IMG/VR virus record: IMGVR_UViG_3300025417_000566
Coordinates: 15,115 to 79,114 of that record
Strand: one strand, 5' to 3'
Origin: a virus
DNA: 64,000 nt
In this document: piece by piece, positions 51,796 to 59,245 of the stretch
Layout of the letters: each line of letters opens with the position of its first letter
Position numbering within the stretch: position 1 is the stretch's first letter
Notes under the pieces: model-generated
The model's database searches: none
Told to the model about the DNA's origin: nothing
Seen by the model: only the letters and a program-made list of their open reading frames with translations
Translations under genes and position numbers: made by a program

Positions 51796-52514
51796 AAATA
51801 TTATTTACAAATGGTTGTAGTTGGACCTATGGTGGCGGGTTAGATAACTTATATGACGATGAAACACTACGTAATGAAATTACATGGCCAGCACAATTAA
51901 AAACATTAATGAATTTTGACAGACATGTTAATTTGGCTGAAGGATGCGGTAGTAACCAACGCATTATTAGAACCACATTAGAATGGATATGGCAACAAAC
52001 ACCAGAAACATTACAGAATACTACAGCAGTAATTCAATGGACTGAACCTTCACGCTACGAATATTATTATCCTAAGGATATGAATAATAGTTTTGAAAGT
52101 TTACCTGATCGATGGGCAAGAGTTAAAGTAGGAACTGTTATTAGCAAGACTGAATTAAAAGACAGAAGTTCTTATGAAGAAATGTTTATAGATTCACAAA
52201 AACGTTATGAAAATTATACAGATATTGAGGGTCTTTATCAACACATCACTCATTGTGAATCATTAGCAAGTATATTTAAATCATATGGTATCAAATATTA
52301 CTATTGGAGTTATTGTGCTACACATGGTAATATGCCACCTCCCTACAAAAGATTTTTTATGGATAGATACAATTGGTTAGAATCATCAGGTAGACACGAT
52401 TGGAAATACGAAAGAATTAGTGAAAAAGATCATCACCCAAGCACACTGGGACATAAACAACTAGCAGAATATATCAAAGAAACAATTGAAGAGACTTTTG
52501 GCTATTATGGATGA
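51792..52514 (+). CDS. SGNH/GDSL-fold protein
   Basis: TNGCSWTYG, NLAEGCGSNQRIIR, IQWT and DHHPSTLGHKQLAEYI. Confidence 0.7.
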   Translation: MKILFTNGCSWTYGGGLDNLYDDETLRNEITWPAQLKTLMNFDRHVNLAEGCGSNQRIIRTTLEWIWQQTPETLQNTTAVIQWTEPSRYEYYYPKDMNNSFESLPDRWARVKVGTVISKTELKDRSSYEEMFIDSQKRYENYTDIEGLYQHITHCESLASIFKSYGIKYYYWSYCATHGNMPPPYKRFFMDRYNWLESSGRHDWKYERISEKDHHPSTLGHKQLAEYIKETIEETFGYYG

Positions 52515-52638
52515 AGTGGAAAGATTACTAAAAATGACCAAACCAGAAATCAGACAATGGATAAAAGAGTTGACACCTGTGTTACACTATAATAAAATAC
52601 TGTTATCACAACATACAACACATATTATTTCTGACTAG
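52486..52638 (+). pseudogene. Remnant 3' end of a fourth TEK-family gene
   Basis: Reads LKRLLAIMDEVERLLKMTKPEIRQWIKELTPVLHYNKILL..., which aligns with the C-terminus of 50566-51795 (QRIYAIVDEVERLCKMNETETQEWLNNVERICDYNYRLL). An in-frame TAG at 52462 lies upstream, and the rest of the gene is absent. Confidence 0.65.
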
Positions 52639-52649
52639 AATCAATTACC

Positions 52650-52657
52650 TATAAATA
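52650..52657 (+). promoter_or_regulatory. T4 late promoter consensus TATAAATA
   Basis: Perfect consensus, 5 nt before the ATG at 52663. Confidence 0.55.
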
Positions 52658-52662
52658 TTCAC

Positions 52663-54534
52663 ATGAAAAAGGTTGCAATGATCGGGGTAGGAAAATTAGG
52701 CGAACCCTGCGCCACTGTAATGGCTCAACAATACGATGTTGTTGGGTTCGATAGCGTACACGTAAATGCTAGTTTTCCAATGAAAAGTAGCATACAAGAG
52801 GCAGTACAAGATAGAGATATCATTTTTATTGCTGTACCAACCCCACATGACCCTAGATATGGTGGAGAAACACCATCAAGTCATTTACCCAATACAGATT
52901 TTGATTATAGTATTGTTACTAACACATTGAACGAAATCAACAAATATGTTAGTAAAGATCAACTTGTTGTATTGATTAGTACTGTGCTACCGGGCACTGT
53001 TCGAAGTCGTTTTATCAATTACATTACTAATGCACGTTTCATTTATAACCCATACTTGATTGCTATGGGCACTGTTGCTGATGACTTTGTTAATCCTGAG
53101 ATGATTATCATTGGAACTGAAGACGGATCAATAACAGGTGATGCAAGTGAGTTGATTGACTTTTATGCACCATTAATGCAAAACAATCCACGCATTGAAG
53201 TTGGTACTTGGGACGAAGCCGAAGCAATCAAGATTTTCTATAACACCTTTATTAGTACAAAACTTGCATTAGTAAATATGATTCAAGACGTTGCAGAGAC
53301 TAGTGGCAATATTAATGTTGACGTTGTTACTAACGCATTAGCAAAGTCAACATATCGCATCATGGGCCCTGCATATATGAAAGCAGGTATGGGCGATGGT
53401 GGTGCATGTCATCCACGTGATAACATTGCATTACGTTATCTAGCAGATAAATTAAATTTAGGTTATGATTTGTTTGATAGCATTATGACTGCTAGAGAAG
53501 TGCAGGCAAAAAGACTTGCACAAAAGTGTTTAAAATATGGTAACAATGTAACTATCATTGGCAAAGCATATAAGCCTAACGTAAATTATACTAACGGTAG
53601 CAGTAGTTTGTTAGTTGGACATTATGTCACTGAGTTAGGTGGTAACGTAAATTACTATGATGTTCACACAGGGGACACCGATCTCAAAACAGATACCACA
53701 GATGTTTATATGATTGGTTATTGGGACAAATATGTTACTGATTTGCAATTGCCAAATACTGCGGTAGTTATTGATCCATGGCGTCAATACAACGGAACAT
53801 CAAAACAAACAGTACATTACGGTAATACAAGACAAACTAAAGAAAAACAATACAGAGAATCATTAGACCATATCGATACCATAAGATTAAAAAGTGGTAT
53901 AATGATTAAGCACCCTAAAAAAATTGACGGTGGTGGATTATACTTTAGAGATGACTTAATTGAAGTTATTAAAAAGACAGGAAAGTATGTCTATAACAGA
54001 GGCTTTGAATGGTGTGCTGGCTTTGGCGTATTAGGTTACGAAATGCTGGGTTTGGGAATCTGTAACTATATTGTATTTTCAGATATGTTTGAACCAGCCA
54101 TTGAAAACTGCAAACAAACAGCAAAGAACAATAATCTATCAAATTATGTTACAACATATTTGACTCCTAATATTGCTGATATCCCTGATAGCGAAAAATG
54201 GGATTTAGTTATCAGTAACCCTCCCCATAGTGATATTACTTACGAAGATTTTAAAGCAGATATGCTCAACAAAAATAGTGAAATGTTTGACTTTATTTTA
54301 GAAAATACTGCCAGACTTGTTATTGATCCTGATTTTAAGATTCACGGCGAATTCTTCAATAATATATCAAAACATTTAACTGCTGATGCCGATGTTTACT
54401 TGATTGAAAATCATTATTATGAAAAAATGGAACATATGGCTAAAGTCAATAATTTAAAATTGGTAGGAATGTATCCAATGAAGGATAAGTCTATGCAAAA
54501 CGGAGTAATCCTTCACTTTAAACCTATGACTTAA
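52663..54534 (+). CDS. ugd: UDP-glucose/GDP-mannose 6-dehydrogenase fused to a C-terminal class I SAM methyltransferase
   Basis: IGVGKLG, FIAVPTP, ISTVLPGT, YNPYLIAMG, IKIFYNTFISTK and GDGGACHPRD form the dehydrogenase. After ~53860, FEWCAGFGVLG and WDLVISNPPH are MTase motifs I and IV. Confidence 0.85.
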   Translation: MKKVAMIGVGKLGEPCATVMAQQYDVVGFDSVHVNASFPMKSSIQEAVQDRDIIFIAVPTPHDPRYGGETPSSHLPNTDFDYSIVTNTLNEINKYVSKDQLVVLISTVLPGTVRSRFINYITNARFIYNPYLIAMGTVADDFVNPEMIIIGTEDGSITGDASELIDFYAPLMQNNPRIEVGTWDEAEAIKIFYNTFISTKLALVNMIQDVAETSGNINVDVVTNALAKSTYRIMGPAYMKAGMGDGGACHPRDNIALRYLADKLNLGYDLFDSIMTAREVQAKRLAQKCLKYGNNVTIIGKAYKPNVNYTNGSSSLLVGHYVTELGGNVNYYDVHTGDTDLKTDTTDVYMIGYWDKYVTDLQLPNTAVVIDPWRQYNGTSKQTVHYGNTRQTKEKQYRESLDHIDTIRLKSGIMIKHPKKIDGGGLYFRDDLIEVIKKTGKYVYNRGFEWCAGFGVLGYEMLGLGICNYIVFSDMFEPAIENCKQTAKNNNLSNYVTTYLTPNIADIPDSEKWDLVISNPPHSDITYEDFKADMLNKNSEMFDFILENTARLVIDPDFKIHGEFFNNISKHLTADADVYLIENHYYEKMEHMAKVNNLKLVGMYPMKDKSMQNGVILHFKPMT

Positions 54535-54556
54535 ATTATACGCCTCTGTTTACTGC

Positions 54557-54564
54557 TCTAAATA
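54557..54564 (+). promoter_or_regulatory. T4-late-like promoter (TCTAAATA)
   Basis: Intergenic, followed by AGGAG RBS and a TTG start at 54585. Confidence 0.45.
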
Positions 54565-54584
54565 GATAAGACTAGGAGCGATCA

Positions 54585-56900
54585 TTGGATTTTAATTTAC
54601 GTAGTTTGGCTGTAGACGAGTTAAAGCCAAAAGAAAGACCAACAGAAGATATAGCAGATGCACGCCATCGTAGCATGATGGAAGCCATTGCCCCTTATGC
54701 CAAATCAGTAGTAGTAAATCAAAAGAATCTTACTCCGGTATATGTAGATTACAAGACAAGAAACACTAAACTTGTGCTTGTACTATGCCCTGAATGGAGT
54801 CCCTATATGCCCCCATTTAGTCTTGCTAGACTTAGTGGTGTGGCAAAAAGTGCGGGATACGAAACGCACATCATGGACTTGAATGTTAAAGCATATAATG
54901 CTTATCGTGATGATTGGCAACCAAACAAGAAATTACCATTTAGACTTTGGGACCCTGCAAGTTCATGGCACTGGTTAGGTGACACGTACATGAATGATAT
55001 TCATCCTGTGTTAGAACCTATTCTTAGCGAAGCAGTAGACAAGATTATTGAAATGAACCCAAGTGTTGTTGGATTCAGTATCTATTACATTAGCGAAGAG
55101 CCTAGCAAATGGATGTGCCAAGAAATTAAACGTAGAGCACCTCATATTAAGATTGCAGTTGGTGGGCCTAATGTACACAAGAGTTGGTTTAAGATTGAAG
55201 ACTATTATGATTATGTTATTGTAGGTGAAGGCGAACAGAATTTATTAGTAATGCTTGATGAAATCGAAGCAGGATCAGATCACAGTGGTGCAGCCAGAGT
55301 ATTAACACAGCCTGAAGATCAACGTATCAATATCAATGGTCTTCCTATGCCAGACTATGAGAGTATTGACTTTAGTTTGTACGAAGTACCTAATGGAGTT
55401 AACAGTGAGATTAGTCGTGGATGTACAGCAAAGTGTACATTCTGTGAAGAAACACACTTTTGGAAATATCGTCAACGTCAAAGTGTTGACTTAATTACCG
55501 AAGTTGAATGGTTATACTACAACAAAGGCACTGACATCATTTGGTTCATTGATAGTTTGATCAATGGTAATATTAAAGAACTACGTGCATTTGCATTAGG
55601 ACTTAAAGCCAAATACTTAAAGGTTCGTTGGACTGGTTATGCACGTTGCGATGGTCGTATGACATTAGACTATCTGCAAGACTTAGCAGATGGTGGATGC
55701 ATTATGTTTAACTTTGGTTGTGAATCAGGATCACAAAAAGTATTAGACGATATGCACAAAGGTGTTACCATTCAAGAAATGGAACAGAACTTTATTGACT
55801 GTAAAAAAGTAGGCATCTGGGCCGCAACTAACTGGATCGTTGGATTCCCCACTGAAGAGTATCAAGACTATAGCGATACAATGACATTCATGTGGCGTAT
55901 GCGTAACAACAATATCAATAACATGGGTCTTGGTGTGGGATATGGATTAGGTCCTGAAACAATTGTAGGACAGAATCCACACGCATACAATGTATCGTGG
56001 CACAAATATCAAGGTCACTGGATCAGCAATGATTTAAAAATGGGTGGCACACACGTTATGACACGTGTTAAGTGCATTCACATTTGGCTAGATATGTTTA
56101 ATGGTTGCACAGAAGTTCCTGTGACATATCCTGTACGTCATGCACTTGCACAGCGTCATTACAACATCAGATTGAATAATCCTGCAAAACAAAAAGAAAT
56201 GCATTATGAAGAATTTGATTACAATATCATTCCACCTGTTGACTCAAACAATCCATTTGCAAATGCATTAGTAAATGAAATGTGGCCTTTCTTTAGAAAT
56301 CTATGGCGCGCACGTGGTGGCTATGAAGCAGAAATCTTATTTCACCCTGACTTAGATATCAAAGAGTTTGGCCAACAGTTTGGTCCTGAAATGTATTATG
56401 CAAAGTACAAGTTTAAGATCACTGATGAAGGTCAATGGGAAGCAGACTTTGATATTAAGTTTGAACAAATTGATAATCCTTGGGATGATCGTAAACCACC
56501 ACCAGAAGGTCGTAAAGGCCCATTCTATGCACAAGATTATTCACGCTTGCAAAGTAACACAGTTAAACGTGCAAGAAAGTTAGCAAAAGCAACTTGGAGT
56601 GAAGAAGAAGGTCGTAGTGGACAAGACTTTGCTGACTTATTAAATGAAGAAGCAGTACTTAATGCTACTATTGATTTTAGTTTTGAATTAAAGTGGCAAG
56701 GCACAGGTGATTGGAGTAACTACATGGACTATGTAGTTACACTAGAAGAGAAAGAACAGAAACGTGACAAGAGTAAAGACTTGTCTATGCCAGAAAAAGA
56801 AACGTTTGAGGGCACTGAAGTTAAATCAGTTGTGCCAGCAACAACCGTAATTACTTTAGACAGCATCAAACGAACAAGACCAAAGCATTTATTACCATGA
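54585..56900 (+). CDS. Cobalamin-binding radical SAM enzyme (class B methylase-like) with long C-terminal extension
   Basis: PPFSLARL, VVGFSIY, IAVGGP, VGEGE, EISRGCTAKCTFC, FGCESGSQKVLDDMHKG and WIVGFPTE. Confidence 0.88.
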   Translation: MDFNLRSLAVDELKPKERPTEDIADARHRSMMEAIAPYAKSVVVNQKNLTPVYVDYKTRNTKLVLVLCPEWSPYMPPFSLARLSGVAKSAGYETHIMDLNVKAYNAYRDDWQPNKKLPFRLWDPASSWHWLGDTYMNDIHPVLEPILSEAVDKIIEMNPSVVGFSIYYISEEPSKWMCQEIKRRAPHIKIAVGGPNVHKSWFKIEDYYDYVIVGEGEQNLLVMLDEIEAGSDHSGAARVLTQPEDQRININGLPMPDYESIDFSLYEVPNGVNSEISRGCTAKCTFCEETHFWKYRQRQSVDLITEVEWLYYNKGTDIIWFIDSLINGNIKELRAFALGLKAKYLKVRWTGYARCDGRMTLDYLQDLADGGCIMFNFGCESGSQKVLDDMHKGVTIQEMEQNFIDCKKVGIWAATNWIVGFPTEEYQDYSDTMTFMWRMRNNNINNMGLGVGYGLGPETIVGQNPHAYNVSWHKYQGHWISNDLKMGGTHVMTRVKCIHIWLDMFNGCTEVPVTYPVRHALAQRHYNIRLNNPAKQKEMHYEEFDYNIIPPVDSNNPFANALVNEMWPFFRNLWRARGGYEAEILFHPDLDIKEFGQQFGPEMYYAKYKFKITDEGQWEADFDIKFEQIDNPWDDRKPPPEGRKGPFYAQDYSRLQSNTVKRARKLAKATWSEEEGRSGQDFADLLNEEAVLNATIDFSFELKWQGTGDWSNYMDYVVTLEEKEQKRDKSKDLSMPEKETFEGTEVKSVVPATTVITLDSIKRTRPKHLLP

Positions 56901-57652
56901 ACAAAGAAAAAATAATGTTAATTGCAGGATGTAGCCATGCCGCTGGATCAGAAATAAACGGGCAAGAAGACAGCGTTTATAATAGACAGCATAGTTTTGG
57001 TGCACGACTTGCAGACAAGATGGGTTATAGACCTATTAATATTGCAACCAATGGTGCATCAAATAGTTGTATTGCTAGAAGCATATTAAACTGGTTTGAT
57101 CAAAACTATAATGAAAACTCTATGGATGTTTTTGTATTGACTTCATGGACAGAAAGCGTTAGATTGGAAGTTCCATCTACGAGAAACTTTATTTACAATG
57201 TAAGTAGTAAGGCTGCCGATTGGTTTGACAACACAATCAATACATATTTTAGAATCACATTTGGTTGGGACGGCGGTGACCCCGAAGAAAAAGAATTGTT
57301 TCCCAAATACCATCGTTTCATGGCTGAGAATGAGCCTATGTTAGAAATGTGGAGCGCAAACTACGTGCTACAGATTCAATACTTTTTAAAATCCAAAAAT
57401 GTAAAATATCTAATGTGTAATGCTATGCATATGTTTACAAAAGATTCTCCTCATGTAGCACAAATAACAAAACTTATTGACAGAAATAACTATTATAAGT
57501 TAGATTCAGAAAAAGATGATGCATTCTTTTGGAAGTACAAGAATTTGGGCTATACTAATCCAAAGGCTAAATACTGGCATCACGATGAAGTACCCCACCA
57601 ACTCTACGCAGAAGAGTTATATAATTTTTTAAAGGAAAACAACAATGTTTAA
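56897..57652 (+). CDS. SGNH/GDSL-fold protein
   Basis: IAGCSHAAG, NIATNGASNSCIAR and YWHHDEVPHQLYAEEL. Confidence 0.65.
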   Translation: MNKEKIMLIAGCSHAAGSEINGQEDSVYNRQHSFGARLADKMGYRPINIATNGASNSCIARSILNWFDQNYNENSMDVFVLTSWTESVRLEVPSTRNFIYNVSSKAADWFDNTINTYFRITFGWDGGDPEEKELFPKYHRFMAENEPMLEMWSANYVLQIQYFLKSKNVKYLMCNAMHMFTKDSPHVAQITKLIDRNNYYKLDSEKDDAFFWKYKNLGYTNPKAKYWHHDEVPHQLYAEELYNFLKENNNV

Positions 57653-57749
57653 TTGGGTAAAAAGAATTTACAATAAAATCAAACGTGAGATACAATATAG
57701 AAAACGTATCAAAGAATTAAAAAAGCGTGACCCTTTCATCTATAAATAA
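57645..57749 (+). CDS. 34-aa basic peptide ending ...KRDPFIYK (not in ORF track)
   Basis: MFNWVKRIYNKIKREIQYRKRIKELKKRDPFIYK*. It has an AAGGA RBS and fills the gap before the carbamoyltransferase. Confidence 0.7.
   Translation: MFNWVKRIYNKIKREIQYRKRIKELKKRDPFIYK
57741..57748 (+). promoter_or_regulatory. T4 late promoter consensus TATAAATA
   Basis: Perfect consensus overlapping the end of the peptide gene, 5 nt before the ATG at 57754. Confidence 0.45.
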
Positions 57750-57753
57750 GCAC

Positions 57754-59238
57754 ATGAAATACTTAGGAATCAGTTGCGGCTTTCATGATGCAGGTATAAC
57801 TGTCATTAATGACAGTGGTGATATCCTATTTGCTGGTCACAGCGAAAGATACAGTAAAATCAAACATGATGCTAATCTTTGTGTTGATTTAGTGCATGAT
57901 GCTAAAAAACATGTTAGAGACCTATATGAAGTTCACTACTATGAAAAGCCCTGGGTAAAGGCTATACGTCAACTTAGAGCAGGACAAAGTGTTGGACCGC
58001 TTAATATGAAAAAACTATTAGGTGAAAATATCATTGATAAATTTAATGATCGTAGTGGTTCAATTAAAACACATAGTCATCACTTAACACATGCGGCAGC
58101 AGGATTCCAAACTAGCCCCTTTGACAATGCAACTGTAGTAGTTATTGACGCTATTGGGGAACTCGACACTATCAGCATTTATAATGCATACTATGATAAA
58201 AATGGTATGGCACGTTATGAAAAACTATGGAGTAAACAATATCCTAACAGCATTGGATTGATGTACTCAGCAATGACAAAACGTGTGGGGTTGAAACCAT
58301 TAGATGAAGAATACATTCTCATGGGTATGGTTGCATATGGCAAAGCATTGCACAGTGAAGAAATTAGTCGTGAGTTTTTGTCAGACAAAGATAACTTAGA
58401 TTTTGCACAAAACTTGCACACCGGAGTAAGAGAAAAATTCTTAGAGAATGCCAACGATATGGATATCGCCGCATCAACTCAACTTCTTACTGAAGAACTA
58501 ATTGAAATCATTATGCGTAAGGCTAGATCATTGGGTACTAGCAGTAATCTAGTATATGGTGGCGGTGTTGCATTAAACTGTTTAGCAAATAGATTGTTAG
58601 GTAATCATTTTAGCAAAATTTGGATCATGCCTAATCCAGGTGATGCAGGTAATAGTTTAGGTGCGGCAGCATTAGGCTATGGTAAAAAGTTAAATTGGAA
58701 GAATGCATTTTTAGGACACGAAATACCTGGTCGTTATCCTATTTTAAACTTGTATAAAGAATTAAAACATAGTAAGATAGTAGGTATAGCAAGTGGTCGT
58801 GCAGAGTTTGGGCCACGTGCTTTAGGTAACAGAAGTTTATTAGCGGATCCCCGTGGGGATGAAATTAAGGATAAAGTAAATGAAATCAAACGTAGACAAA
58901 AATTCAGACCATTTGCGCCTCTCATTTTGGAGGAGTTGGTTCATGATTACTTTGATATGCCTGTTGGCTGGGACAACTCTAGGTATATGCAAGTCATCGC
59001 TACTTGTAGGCATCCTGACCTATTTCCTGCTATCGTTCACGCTGACGGCACTAGTCGTGTCCAGACTGTTCCTAAAGATGGAAGTGGAATCAGAATTCTC
59101 TTAGAACTTTGGTATCAAGCCACAGGATGTCCAATATTGCTTAATACATCACTAAACATCCGTGGCGAACCAATGGTCAATGACCGTAGTGATGCAGATA
59201 GATTTGAAAAACTTTATGGCGTAAAAGTTTACTCTTAA
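57754..59238 (+). CDS. O-carbamoyltransferase, NodU/CmcH/TobZ family
   Basis: YLGISCGFHDA, HSERYSKIKHD, HHLTHAAAGF, VIDAIGE, GGVALNC, PNPGDAG, EFGPRALGNRSLLADP, FRPFAP, HADGTSRVQTV and LLNTSLN. The likely start is the ATG at 57754, not the GTG at 57727. Confidence 0.93.
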   Translation: MKYLGISCGFHDAGITVINDSGDILFAGHSERYSKIKHDANLCVDLVHDAKKHVRDLYEVHYYEKPWVKAIRQLRAGQSVGPLNMKKLLGENIIDKFNDRSGSIKTHSHHLTHAAAGFQTSPFDNATVVVIDAIGELDTISIYNAYYDKNGMARYEKLWSKQYPNSIGLMYSAMTKRVGLKPLDEEYILMGMVAYGKALHSEEISREFLSDKDNLDFAQNLHTGVREKFLENANDMDIAASTQLLTEELIEIIMRKARSLGTSSNLVYGGGVALNCLANRLLGNHFSKIWIMPNPGDAGNSLGAAALGYGKKLNWKNAFLGHEIPGRYPILNLYKELKHSKIVGIASGRAEFGPRALGNRSLLADPRGDEIKDKVNEIKRRQKFRPFAPLILEELVHDYFDMPVGWDNSRYMQVIATCRHPDLFPAIVHADGTSRVQTVPKDGSGIRILLELWYQATGCPILLNTSLNIRGEPMVNDRSDADRFEKLYGVKVYS

Positions 59239-59241
59239 ATA
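59234..59241 (+). promoter_or_regulatory. T4-late-like promoter core (CTTAAATA)
   Basis: Overlaps the carbamoyltransferase stop, 4 nt before the ATG at 59246. Confidence 0.35.
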
Positions 59242-59245
59242 CAAG

